In this document: piece by piece, positions 50,797 to 64,000 of the stretch | Numbering within the stretch: the first letter of the stretch is position 1 | Layout: each line of letters begins with the position of its first letter | Assembly: GCF_028641065.1 (NCBI RefSeq) | Contig: NW_026576645.1 | Span: forward strand, 1-64,000 | Length of the DNA stretch: 64,000 nucleotides | Source of the DNA: Leucoraja erinacea | Lineage: Eukaryota | Direction of reading: 5' to 3' | Position numbers and translations under genes: made by a program | Notes under the pieces: model-generated | Database searches by the model: none | Told to the model about the DNA's origin: nothing | Seen by the model: only the letters and a program-made list of their open reading frames with translations

Positions 50797-51789
50797 TTAT
50801 CACAGACTCGCCTTTCTTATACCTGTTTGAGGAATCCAGAGAACCGCTGGTGATTGGTGAAAAGGGACATAAACTCATTGGTGTGAAGAATGACCCAATC
50901 AGAGAACTGTTTTATCTACCAATCAAAACCCACAACAGAATAGCGCTGAAAATAACTGCCAGTCCCTCCAAAACTCGAACTTTGAAATAGCCGCCAAACT
51001 ATAAATCTGTATGTCAATACAATTTGATTATCATTTTTTATGCAAGTGCATTGCGTTAAGATGTTAATTATACTGCTGCGAGTAAGAATTTCATTGTTCC
51101 GTTCACGTACATATGACAATTAAATGTTGACGACCTTGAACCCCGGGCAACACAGCACAACACATTTAATTTACGATTTATTTGGGCCGGTAACCGATTA
51201 CAAAAAACGATCCTCGGCATCAATTTGCGATCGGTCACTATGTAAACGGTGTCGGATTATAGTCTGGTTCATTTTCACAAAAATCGGAATATGGGCGACA
51301 GTGTGAAATGTTCCTCCTTGAAAGACTGGACGAATTGCCGATTAGAAATGCAAGTCAGAACAGTTACAGAGATGAAGACAATAAAACAGCAACGACAGCC
51401 CTAATCGGCTGGCCGTGGCACAATTTAAAACTGCTGGAGAAACTCAGCGGGTGAAGCAGCATCCGTGGAGCGAAGAAAATAAGGCAACGTTTCGGGTCGA
51501 AACCCTTCTTCAGACTCTGGCTTATGACGGACAAGCTGACGTGAAGGGAAAGGAGTTTTACTTGTTTGATGGACAGAAACGGGAATGGATACCGGGAATA
51601 TCCCGCGTATATTGAAATTTAATTTAATCACTAAACAGAATGTGAAATAATTCGCCAAGCAAAAATATCCTGAAACAATTCTGCTGCGATTCAATGTCGA
51701 AACATTAGTACAACTCTTTCTGCGAAAATGCGGGTGGCTCTAAAAAGAGCCGTTGGGTTTTGGGTGTTTTCTCAACAATGTGTGAATCT

Positions 51790-52210
51790 TTATTTGGAAC
51801 TGGTGTACTTGATCACCGCCTTTGTCCCTTCCGACACGGCGTGCTTGGCCAGCTCCCCGGGAAGAAGCAGGCGCACGGCGGTCTGAATCTCTCGGGAGCT
51901 GATGGTCGCCCGCTTGTTATAATGCGCCAGGCGGGAAGTTTCTCCAGCGATACGCTCGAAAATATCGTTCACGAACGAGTGCATGATGCCCATGGCCTTG
52001 GAGGAGATGCCGGTGTCTGGGTATACCTGCTTCATCACTTTGTTGATGTAGATGGAATAACTATCCTTCCTCTACCTCCTGCGCATCTTGCCCCCTTTGC
52101 CTGCGGATTTCGGCAAAGCTTTCTTTGCGCCCTTCTTGGCAAAGATCCTATAGCAGAGCTCTGCTATAGGATCTTTGCTTCTTGGCGGCTGTTTTCTGCG
52201 GATCAGGAAT
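51790..52210 (-). pseudogene. H2B pseudogene
   Basis: ATG>ATT; 46-bp frameshifting insertion (scar plus TSD); TCG>TAG nonsense near 52070. The stem-loop at 51736-51751 is still intact. Confidence 0.95.
52140..52177. mobile_element. 38-bp perfect palindromic TIR-only scar in H2B coding sequence
   Basis: caaagatcctatagcagagctctgctataggatctttg with perfect TSD CTTCTTGG (52132-52139, 52178-52185); single copy of the site in the intact H2B. Confidence 0.95.
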
Positions 52211-52344
52211 TTTCGCCTGGATTTCAAACCCGGAAGTAACGAGCTCGGAGTCGGAGCGGGGATTAACTAAGCAACTACAGATGTTCAGCTCACCGGCCTA
52301 TAGTTCCCAGCATTTTCCCTGCAGCCTTTTCTTGAAAAGAGACA

Positions 52345-55300
52345 CAACATTTTTCCACACTCCGGTCTTACGGCACCTGTCCTGTATTGAAGGACGACTC
52401 ATAAATTTCAACCACGGCTCCAGCAATTTCCTCTCTAGTTTCCCTCAATGTCCTCGGATAGATCAGATCAGGCCCTAGAGATTTGTCTACCTTCAAACAC
52501 GACAGTATCTTCGGTACTTCTTCGACAGTAACCCTGACTGTTCTAGACATTTCCAGTGCCTGCTCCAATTTCCTCCGTCCTACTGTCTTTCTCCTCGGTA
52601 AATACAGAGAAGAAATACTCTTTTAGGACCTTGCCCATTTCCTGTGGTTCCACACAGAGGTGACCACTTTTATTCCCAAGGTCTCACTTTCCCTCTAGTT
52701 GCCCCTTTCCCCCTTATGTATTGATAAAATCTTTTGGGATTGTCCTTAATGCTAACCACCAGAGCCATCTCCTGGCCCCTTTTTGCATTTCTGATTTATT
52801 TTTTTAGTTTACTCCTTAGTTCCCAAAACTCCTCCAGGGATCCACTTGATCCCAGCTGCCTATACCTGTCCCATGCATCCTTCGTGTTTTTGACTAATGT
52901 CTCAATTTCCCTCGTCAGCCAAGCTTCCTTACACTTGTCTGCTTTGCCCTTCACTGTAACGGGGACGTAAACATCCTGAGCTTTCTTCAGTACACTTTTA
53001 AAAACATCCCACTTGGCCGATCTTCCTTTCCCCTCTAACAACCTGCTCCAGTCAACTTGAGCGAGACCTTCTCTCATACCCTCAAAGTTGGCCTTACCCC
53101 AGTTGAGCATTTTAATACTTGGACCCTCTCCGTCCCTATCCATAACTATCTTAAACCTAATCTAACTGTGGTCACTGGTCCCAACAGGCTACTTCACACA
53201 CACTTCATTAACTTGCCCTTCCCAGTTTTCCCTATTTCCCAATACTAGATCCAGCGTTGCCCTCCCACAATAGCCAATAGTTGCAGGACTAGGCCATTCG
53301 GCCCTTTGAGCCACCACGTTGACTGTGATCATGGCTGATCATCCACAATCAGTACCCCTTCCCTGCTTTCTCCCCATATCCCTTGACTCCGCTATCTTTA
53401 AGAACTCTATTTCACTCTTTCTTGAAAACATCCAGAGAATTGGCCTCCACTGCCTTCTGAGGTAGAGAATTACACAGATTCACAACTCTCTAGCTGAAAA
53501 GGTTTTTCCTCATCTCTGTTTTAAATGGCCTACCCCTTATTTTTAAACTGTGGCCCCTGATTCTGACTCCCCCAACATTGGGAACACGTTTCCTGCCTCT
53601 AGCATGTACAATTCCTTAATAACCTGATAGGTTTCAATAAGATGCCCTCTCATCCTTCTGAATTCCAGTGTATACAAACCCAGTCCTTCCATTCTTTCAA
53701 CATATGACAGTCCCGCCATCCCGGGAATTAACCTCGTGAAACTACAATGCTCTCCCAAGAATGTCCTTCCTCAAATTTGGGGACCAAAACTGCACCAATA
53801 CTCCAGGTGTGGTCTCACTAGGGCCCTGTACAACTGTAGAAGGACCTCTTTGCTCCCATACTCAACCCCTCTTGTTACGAAGGCCATTAGCTTTCTTCAC
53901 TGCCTACTGTACCTGCATGCTTACTTTCAGTGACTGCTGAATAAGGACACCCAGATCTCGGTGTACTTCCCCTTTTCCTAACTTGAGATCATTCAGATAA
54001 TAATCTGCCTTCGTGGGGTTCTTGCCACCAAAGTGGATAACCTCACATTTATCCACATTAAACTGCATCTGCCATGCATCCGCCCACTCACCCAACCTGC
54101 ATCCTCCCCTCAGTTAACACTGCCACCCAGCTTTGTGTCATCTGCTAATTTGCTAATGTTACTTTTAATCCCTTCATCTACTAAATCATTAATGTATATT
54201 GTAAATAGCTGTGGTCCTGTTACTGCTATCCAAATGTGCCTCTATGTCATAATTTATAATTGACTCCAGCTTCTTCCCCACCATCGATGTCAGGCTAACT
54301 GGTCTATAATTCCGTTTTCTCTCTCCCTCCTTTCGTCAAAAGTGGGATAACATTAGCTACCCTCCAATCCACAGGAACTGATCCTGAATCTATAGAACAT
54401 TTGAAAATGATCACCAATGCGTCCACGGTTTCCAGAGCCACTTACTTAAGTACCACGGGATGCAGACCATCAGGCCGTGGGGATTTATCAGCCTTCAGTA
54501 CCATCAGTCCTGCCTAATAGTCAACAGTCCTGCCTAATAGTCCAGTCCCATAGTCAACATCATTTCCTGCCTAATGTGATTTTCCCTCATTTCATCCATC
54601 ACCCTGGGTCCTCTGGCCACCAGTACATCTGGGAGATTGTTTGTGTCTTCCTTAGTGAAGTACCATGTTCAACTCATCTGCCATTTCCCTGTTCTCCAGT
54701 ATAAATTCATCTGTTTCTGTCTGCAAGGGACCCAGTTGTCTTAACTAATTATTTCCTCCTCACATACCGAAAGAAGCTTTTGCTATCCTCCTATATATTC
54801 CTGGCGAGCTTACCTTCGTGCCTCATCTTTTCTCCCCGTATTGCCTTTTTAGTTATCTTCTGTTGCTCTTTAAACATTACCCAATACTCTTGCTTCCCGC
54901 TCATCTTTGCAACATTGTACTTCTTCTCTTTTATATTTATACTGTCCTTGACTTACTTTGTCAGCCACGGTCACCTCTTATTCCCCTCAGATTCTTTCTT
55001 CCTCTCTGGAATGAACTGATCCTTCTGAATTGTTCCCAGAAATACCTGCCATCGTTGTTCCACTGTCATCCCTGCTAGGGTCTCTTTCCAGTCAACTTTT
55101 GCCAGCTTGTCCCTCTTGCCTCCAAGGCTCCCTTTGCTCAACTGTAATACTGACACTTCCGATTTTCCGTTCTCCCTCTCAAATTGTAGATTAAAACTTA
55201 TCATATTACGGTCACTACCTCCTAATGGCTCGTTTACCTTGTGTTCCCCAATCAAATCCGGTTCATTACACAACACTAAATCCAGAATTGCCTTCTCCCA

Positions 55301-57290
55301 GGTAGGCTCTAGTACAAGCTGCTCTAAGAATCCGTCTCGGAGGTACTCCACAAACTCCCTTTCTTGGAGTCCAGTATGAACCCGATTTTCCCAGTCTACC
55401 TGCATGTTGAAATCACCCATAACCACCGTAGCATTACCTTTGCTCCATGCCAATTTTAACACTTGATTCAGCTTGCACCCTATATCCAGCTTACTGTTTG
55501 GGGGCCTGTAGATAACTCCCTTCAGGGACTTTTTACCCTTACAATTCCTCAGTTATATCCATACTGATTCTACATCTCCTGATTCTATGTCACCCCTCGC
55601 AAGCGACTGAATTTCATTCCTCACCAACAGAGTTGCCCCACCCCCTCTGCCCACCTGTCTGTCTTTTCGATAGGACGTATACCCCTGAATATTCAGTTCC
55701 CTGCCCTGTACCTCCTGCATCTATGCCTCTGTAATCCCCACTTGCCAATTTCTAATTGAGCCTCAAAACTCATCCACTTTATTTCTTATACTTCGCGCAT
55801 TCATATTCAACAATTTAACTTCGGTATTCACCTCCCCTCTCACACTATTAGCCCTGACCTTACTCTCTTAACCCTTCTCGAACTTTCCTTCCCATTAATT
55901 TGGGAGTCGTTTGTAACTTTTCCTGTACTTACTTCCCCTTTAACTTCATCTGTATACCAAAGATCTTATAGCGAAGCAAGATAGACTACTCCTGCTAAAT
56001 GCAATGGACTGACGTGTAGTACGCTATGGAGGGGATCATGGGCATTTTTCCACGCCCATTTTAGCAACCTGAGCCTACCTGACCCGCACTGTAATCAATG
56101 TTGATGGGCAACAGTTTGTATGGGTCAGATTCATAAATCTGTCAGGTCAAACTTCTTGTCAAGAATAAAATTTGATTCTGGTAATTGTCTTTTTTAATGT
56201 TTTTTAAATCATTTCTTTTTAATTGGCTCACAAGCAGTGTTGGAGTTGATTTTGTAGTAACCGGAACCGACCCGACTCGCAGGGTGATTGACAGGGGGGG
56301 ACTTTTTGTGCGTGACATAGGGTTAGATTCATAATTCTGTTAGTTCATAATTCTGTTGATTCTTGTTAAAGAATAAAACGTTTATAAACACATACATGAA
56401 AATTATATAAATGTATATAATACACACAATTATATTTCTTCTAATCCAATAATGAACTTTATTCAGACTAGACAAGGGACATTAAATAAGAAATATTGTA
56501 AATAAGAAACATTGTAAAACTCCCTGCAACTTCACACACACTAGGCCTTATCCCTCCAGCACTCTCTCGCCTGCCCCCTTACTACAATGTCCCCCCTCCT
56601 ATGCCCCTCTCCTCGCCGCCCCGGGCCCCGCACTCTCTCTCCTCGCTGCCCCGGACCCCGCACTCTCTCTCCCCGCTGCCCCGGGCCCCGCACTCTCTCT
56701 CCTCGCTGCACCGATCCCCGCACTCCTTCTCCCCGCTGCCCTGGACCCCGCACGCTCTCTCCTCGCTGCACCAGACCCCGCACTCCTTCTCCCCGCTGCC
56801 CCGTACTCTCTCTCCCTGCTGCCCCAGGCCCCGCACTCTCTCTCCCCGCTGCCCCGGGCCCCACACTCCCTCTCCCCGCTGCCCCGGGCCCCGCACTCTC
56901 TCTCCCCGCTGCCCCGCACTCCTCCGGGCCCCGCACTCCTTCTCCCCGCTGCGGATCCAATCTTTGGCCAGAAGCAAGAAGGCGGGAGCAAGAAAGCGGA
57001 GCAAGATGGCGGAACAAGATGGCGGAGTCAGGTTGCTAAAATGTGTCCTATAATCACCCATGAATCCGCCCATGAGCGCACCTCACGTTTGCGTGAGAGT
57101 AATCCATCTCGCTTCGTTATAAGATCTTTGCTGTATACTACCAATTTGTCGACCACTTTCCCTTCCCCCCTCCCCTCGCTGTTTAGTATAAGCCCACACG
57201 TGTAGCACTAGCATACCTGCCTGCCAGAACATTGGTACCTCTCCAGTTAAGGTGTAGCCATCCCTTTTGTATAGGTCACCCCTACCCCTT
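52345..57290 (-). mobile_element. Two decayed CR1 copies (52345-53270; 53280-57290)
   Basis: LNWGKANF, DKSLGPD, MQFNVDKCEVIHFG and VVMGDFN..AILDLVL motifs. The second copy hosts the TIR element at 55958. Confidence 0.85.
55958..57130 (+). mobile_element. Non-autonomous TIR transposon (P-like), 1173 bp, second complete copy
   Basis: TIR caaagatcttatagcgaagcaagat vs (rc) caaagatcttataacgaagcgagat; perfect TSD CTGTATAC (55950-55957, 57131-57138); expanded minisatellite at 56608-56952. Confidence 0.93.
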
Positions 57291-57865
57291 GGTGCCTTGG
57301 TGAGACCACACCTGGAGTATTGCGTTTAGTTTTGGTCTCCTAACCTGAGGAAAGACATTCTTGTCATAGAGGGAGAACAGAGAAAGCTCACCACACTAAT
57401 TCCTGGGATGACAGGACTTTCATATGAGGAAAGACTGGATAGACTTGGCTTGTACTCGCTGAAATTTAGAAGATTGAGGGGGGATCTTATAGAAACTTAC
57501 AAAATTCTTAAGGGGTTCAACCGGCTAGATGCAAGAAGATTGTTCTCAATGTTGTGAAAGTCCAGAACAAGGGGTCACCATTTAACGATATGGGGAAGTC
57601 TTTTAGGACCGAGATGACAATTTTTTTTTCCACACGGAGTGGCGAATCTGTGGAATTCTCTGCCACAGAAGGTAGTTGAGGCCAGTTCATTGGCTATATT
57701 TAAGAGGGAGTTAGATGTGGCCCTTGTGACTAAAGGGATCAGGGGGTATGGAGAGAAGGCAGGTGCAGGATACTGAGTTGGATGATCAGCCATGATCCAA
57801 ATCAATGGCGGTGCAGGCTCGAAGGGCCGAATGACCTACTCCTGCACCTATTTTCTATGTTTCTA
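57290..57865 (+). mobile_element. CR1/HER1 3' fragment
   Basis: LVRPHLEYC and GDLIETYKILKG motifs; HER1 tail ending ctatgtttcta. Confidence 0.9.
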
Positions 57866-58318
57866 AACGGAGTTGGCTTCGAGGAAGATCTCTTACTGTA
57901 GGTCGCTGCCAATGTTCTGAGGAATATCTGCCTAAATGTATCTTTCCGCATCAGCCAACCGCTGTTTCATGTTTAGTTTTGAGGTACAACGCGGAAACTG
58001 ACCCTTCGGACCAGCGAGTCCGCACCGACTAGCGATCCTCACACATGATTGAAGTATTTGAAAAACATATTTATATCAAACCAATTAACATACAACCCAG
58101 GACGTATTTTGAGTGTGGGAGGAAACGGGGAGAACGTACACATTGTGTACAGGGAAGCGCCCGCAGTCAGGATCGAACCAGGGTCTCTGGCGCTGTAAGG
58201 CAGTTGGTCTACCGCTCCGCCACCGTAGACAACTCAATGTGCAGTCGGTTTTCGACAACGAACACTTGTCCCGCACTAAACATAATCGATAATCAGCCCT
58301 TCCACAGACATGGTGAGT

Positions 58319-58334
58319 GGCTCTGAAAAGAGCC
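58319..58334 (-). terminator. Stem-loop of H2A copy 3
   Basis: GGCTCT-TTTC-AGAGCC. Confidence 0.95.
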
Positions 58335-58363
58335 TTTGGGTCACTATGCTGAGTTTCTCTCGC

Positions 58364-58777
<414 letters not shown>

Positions 58778-58990
58778 TTATCACAGACTCGCCTTTCTTA
58801 TACCTGTTTGAGGAATCCAGAGAACCGCTGGTGATTGGTGAAAAAGGACATGATCTCATTGGTGTGAAGAATGACCCAATCAGTGAACTGTTTTATCTAC
58901 CAATCAAAACCCACAACAGAAAAGCGCTGAAAATAACTGCCAGTTCCTCCAAAACTCGAACTTTGAAATAGCCGCCAAACTATAAATCTG

Positions 58991-59100
58991 AGGTACACAA
59001 AAAGCTGGAGAAACTCAGCGGGTGCAGCAGCATCTATGGAGCTATCAGCCTGAAGAAGGGTTTCGGCCCGAAACGTTGCCTATTTCCTTCGCTCCATAGA
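58991..59100. mobile_element. Tiny Penelope-like insert with inverted terminal pieces and hammerhead-like core
   Basis: tctatggagc and gctccataga inverted around ctgaagaagggtttcggcccgaaacgtt; absent from both paralogues. Confidence 0.65.
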
Positions 59101-59456
59101 TTATGTTACGTTAAGATGTTTATATACTGCTGCAAGTAAGAATTATATTGTTCCGTTCACGGTACATATGACAATTAAATACGCTTGATTGTTGACCACC
59201 TTGAACCCCGGGCAATACAGCACAATATTTAATTTACGATTTATTTGGGCCGGTAACCGATTACAAAAAAATCGACCATCGGCATCAATTAGCGATCGGT
59301 CACTATGTAAACGGTCTCGGATTATAGTCTTGTTTATATGTTCATGTTTATAAAAGTCGGAGTTTGGGCGAAAGTGTGAAACGTTCCTCCTTGGAAAAAC
59401 TGGACGAATTGCCGAGTAGAAATGCAATTCAGAACAGTTACAGAGATGAAGACAGG

Positions 59457-62400
59457 AGTTCATAGAAATATAGAAAATAGGTGCAGGAGTAGGCCGTTCG
59501 GCCCTTCGAGCCTGCACCGCCATTCAATATGATCATGGCTGATCATCTAACTCAGTATCCTGTACCGGACTTCTCTCATAGAAACATAGAAATTAGGTGC
59601 AGGAGTAGGCCATTCGGCCCTTCGAGCCTGCACCGCCATTCAATATTATCAAGGCTGATCATCCAACTCAGTATCCCGTACCTGCCTTCTCTCCATACCC
59701 TCTGATCCCCTTAGCCACAAGGGCCACATCTAACTCCCTCTTAAATATAGCCAATGAACTGGCCCCGACCACCCTCTGTGGCAGAGAATTCCAGAGATTC
59801 ACCACTCTCTGTGCGAAAAAGTTATTCTCATCTCAGTTTTAAAGGATTTCACACTTATCCTTAAGCTGTGACCCCCTTGTCCTGGACTTCCCCAACATCG
59901 GGAGCAATCTTCCTGCATCTAGCCTGTCCAACCCCCTAAGAATTTTGTAAGTTTCTATAAGATCCCCTCTCAGTCTCCTAAATTCTAGAGAGTATAAACC
60001 AAGTCTATCCAGTCTTTCTTCATAAGACAGTCCCGACATCCAAAGAATCAGTCTGGTGAACCTTCTCTGCACTCCCTCTATGGCAAGAATGTCCTTCGTC
60101 AGATTTGGAGACCAAAACTGTACGCAATACTCCAGGTGTGGTCTCACCAAGGCCCTGTACAACTGCAGTAGAACCTCCCTGCTCCTATACTCAAATCCTT
60201 TTGCAATGAAAGCTAACATACCATTCGCTTTCTTCACTGCCTGCTGCACCTGCATGCCTACTTTCAATGACTGGTGTACCATGACGCCAGGTCTCGCTGC
60301 ATCTCCCCTTTTCCTAGTCGGCCACCATTTAGATAATAGTCTGCTTTCCTGTTTTTGCCACCAAAATGGATAACCTCACACTTATCCACATTATACTGCA
60401 TCTGCCAAACATTTGCCCACTCACCCAGCCTATCCAAGTCACTTTGCAGTCTCCTAGCATCCTCCTCACAGCTAACACTGCCCCCCAGCTTCGTGTCATC
60501 CGCAAACTTGGAGATATTGCCTTCAATTCCCTCATCCAGATCATTAATATATATTGTAAATAGCTGGGGTCCTAGCACTGAGCCTTGCGGTACCCCACTA
60601 GTCACTGCCTGCCATTGTGAAAAGGACCCGTTTACTCCAACTCTTTGCTTCCTGTTTGCCAGCCAGTTATCTATCCACATCAATACTGAATCCCCAATGC
60701 CATGTGCTTTTAAGTTTGCATACTAATCTCTTATGTGGGACCTTGTCGAAAGCCTTCTGGAAGTCCAGATACACCACATCCACTGGTTCTCCCCTATCCA
60801 CACTACTAGTTACATGCTCGAAAAATTCCATAAGATTCGTCAGACATGATTTACCTTTCATAAATCCATGCTGTCCAATGATTTCACCACTTTCCAAATG
60901 TGCTGCTATCCCATCTTTAATAACTGACTCTAGCAGTTTCCCCACTACCGATGTTAGACTAACTGGTCTGTAATTCCCCGTTTTCTCTCTCCCTCCCTTC
61001 TTAAAAAGTGGGGTTACGTTTGCTACCCGCCAATCCTCAGGAACTACTCCAGAATCTAAAGAGTTTTGAAAGATTATTACTAATGCATCCACTATTTCTG
61101 GAGCTACTTCCTTAAGTACTCTGGGATGCAGCCTATCTGGTCCTGGGGATTTATCGGCCTTTAATCCATTCAATTTACCCAACACCACTTCCCGGCTAAC
61201 CTGGATTTCACTCAATTCCTCCAACTCCTTTGACCCGCGGTCCCCTGCTATTTCCGGCAAATTATTTATGTCTTCCTCAGTGAAGACGGAACCAAAGTAG
61301 TTATTCAATTGGTCCGCCATATCCTTGTTCCCAATGATCAACTCACCCGTTTCTGACTGCAAGGGACCTACATTTGTTTTAACTAATCTCTTTCTTTTCA
61401 CATATCTATAAAAACTTTTGCAGTCAGTTTTTATGTTCCCTGCCAGTTTTCTTTCATAATCTATTTTTCCTTTCCTAATTAAGCCCTTTGTCCTCCTCTG
61501 CTGGTCTCTGAATTTCTCCCAGTCCTCTGGTATGCTGCTTTTTCTGGCTAATTTGTACGCATCATCCTTCGCTTTGATACTATCCCTGATTTCCCTTGTT
61601 ATCCACGGAAGTACTACCTTCCCTGATTTATTCTTTTGCCAAACTGGGATGAACAATTTTTGTAGTTCATCCATGCAGTCTTTAAATGTCTTCCATTGCA
61701 TATCCACCGTCAACCCTTTTAGAATTAATTGCCAGTCAATCTTGGCCAATTCACGTCTCATACCCTCAAAGTTACCTTTCTTTAAGTTCAGAACCATTGT
61801 TTCTGAATTAACAATGTCACTCTCCATCCTAATGAAAAACTCAACCATATTATGGTCACTCTTGCCCAAGGGGGCACGCACAACAAGATTGCTAACTAAC
61901 CCTTCCTCATTACTCAATACCCAGTCTAAAATAGCCTGCTCTCTCGTTGGTTGCTCTACATGTTGATTTAGATAACTATCCCGCATACATTCCAAGAAAA
62001 CCTCTTCCTCAGCACCCCTGCCAATTTGATTCACCCAATCTATATGTAGAATAAAGTCACCCATTATAACTGTTTTGCCTTTGTCGCACGCATTTCTAAT
62101 TTCCTGTTTGATACCATCTCCAACTTCACTACTACTGTTAGGTGGCCTGTACACAACACCCACCAGCGTCTTCTGCCCCTTAGTGTTTCGCAGCTCTACC
62201 CATACCGATTCCACATCCTACAAACTAATGTCCTTCCTTTCCATTGCATTAATCTCCTCTCTAATCAGTAACGCTACCCCACCTCCTTTTCCTTTCTCTC
62301 TATCCCTCCTGAATATTGAATATCCCTGGATGTTCAGCTCCCAGCCTTGGTCACCCTGGAGCCATGTCTCCGTGATCCCAACTATATCATAGTCATTAAT

Positions 62401-64000
62401 AGCTATCTGCACATTCAACTCATCCACCTTATTACGGATGCTCCTTGCATTGAGACACAAAGCCTTCAGGCTTGTTTTTACAACACTCTTACCCCTTATA
62501 CAATTATGTTGAAAAGTGGCCCTTTTTGATTTTTGCCCGGGTTTTGTCTGCCTGCCACTTTTACTTTTCACCTTGCTACCTATTGCTTCTACCCTCATTT
62601 TACACCCCTCGGTCTCTACGCTCACACATTTAAGAAACCCTTTCCCTTTAACTCCATCCTCCACTATCCCATTCGACACCCCACCCCCCTTATTCAGTTT
62701 AAAGCCACCCGTGTAGCAGTGGCAAACCTGCCTGCCAGAATGCTGGTCCCACACCTGTTAAGATGCAATCCGTCCCTTTTGTACAGTTCCCCCTTACCCC
62801 AAAACAGATCCCAGTGATCTAAGAATCTAAATCCCTGCCCCGTGCACCAGTTCCTCAGCCACACGTTCAGGTCCCGTATCTCCCTGTTCCTGCTCTCGCC
62901 AGCACGGGGATCTGGAAGCAAACCGGAGATAACAACCATGGAGGTCCTGCTTTTCACCATTTTTCCGAGCTCTCTAAAGTCACACTGCAGAATATTCATC
63001 CCCTTCTTTCCGACATCATTTGTGCCGACATGCACTTCCACTTCCGGATGTTCACCTTCGCCCTTGAGGATTTTCTGCACTCAGTCCGTGACATCCTGGA
63101 TCCTGGCACCGGGAAGGCAGCACACCATCCTCGCATCTCGTCTGTTGCCGCAGAAACCCCTGTCCGTACCTCTCACGATGGAGTCTCCCACTACAATGGC
63201 CTTGCCTGCCTTAGGCCTTTTTGGTTTTGGCTCAACAGCCCTATACGCATCGCAAGCCAGTCCGCTGCTAACGTCTTCTGTCCCAATAGCTTCTAAGCGG
63301 ATGAACCTGTTTACAAGAGGTACACCACCCGGGGACGTTGGCATTCCATGCTTCCCTCCCTTTCTCACTGTCTCCCACCTTCTCTCTTCCAGTACCTTAG
63401 GTGTAACAATCGTACTGTAGGACTTGTCGAGGAACGACTCCGTTTCTCGTACGAACCGGAGGTCATCCACTTGCTTCTCCAGTTCCCCAACACGGGCCTT
63501 CAGGAGCTCTACCTGGATGCACTTTTCGCATTTGTAGTAGCCAGAGGCACCAGCGGTGTCCTTGACCTCCCACATACTGCAAGCATCGCACTGAATCAGC
63601 TTGCCTGACATCTCCTTCTTTCGTCTCTACCTCTCAAGCGTATTGCGTGGTCTCCTCTCCTCAGCGCCGAAGACTCTCGAGCCAAAGACTCACACTTCCC
63701 TCACAAGGCCGCTCACTCACTGCCGCTCGCTAAGAGCCGTCTTGCTTAAATTGACTGATAAATTGCCTGATTTACCAATTTACAAAGCAAATTCCTCCGT
63801 TTTCAACTGTTTTCACCCCTCTGACTCACTTCTCTCCTCCCACTTGGGCTAGAGCCAATCAGTCGTATCTCTTGCTAATCTGCTGCTGCTGTTCCTCCCA
63901 AATCTACAGCAGTTCTGAACAAAGACTGCCCGTCCTTGGCCTTTACCTAAACTGTTTTCACCCCTCTCCTCCCACTTGGGCTAGAGCCAATCAGTCGTAT
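59457..64000 (-). mobile_element. Near full-length CR1/HER1 LINE: ORF1 (Zn finger + SGNH esterase, 63611-62694, one stop) and ORF2 (APE-RT, few lesions)
   Basis: CDAC..CEKC, VVGDSIVRG, HVGTNDV and DGLHLN; NARSIRNK, NYRPVSLTS, LDFQKAFD and FADD; doubled 3' tail at 59457-59590; repeated 5' UTR block. Confidence 0.95.

Overview
Eukaryotic DNA, most likely from a cartilaginous fish (skate, ray or shark), judged from HER1/CR1-type LINE tails and HE1/V-SINE copies. The window is a replication-dependent histone cluster buried in transposon debris. Intact genes are H3 x2, H2B, H2A x3, H1 and H4, each with a 3' stem-loop. There are also H2B and H2A pseudogenes, an H4 fragment and orphan stem-loops. 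A block carrying H2B and H2A is duplicated in inverted orientation around the H3-H1-H4 core. Mobile elements include DIRS, L1, CR1, Rex1, RTE, Penelope-like (with hammerhead cores), Helitron, hAT-like and P-like families. Two findings stand out. (1) A CAAAGATC-ended DNA transposon family is present as two complete non-autonomous copies and as five TIR-only palindromic scars of 12-40 bp. Their arms never exceed 20 nt, and they lie in or beside histone genes. They resemble P-element excision footprints with a longer (~20 nt) stagger. (2) A decayed hAT-like transposase, flanked by a 7-8 bp TSD, ends in a Spindlin/Tudor-like module. Family assignments come from motif recognition only; no searches were run, and boundaries of decayed repeats are approximate.
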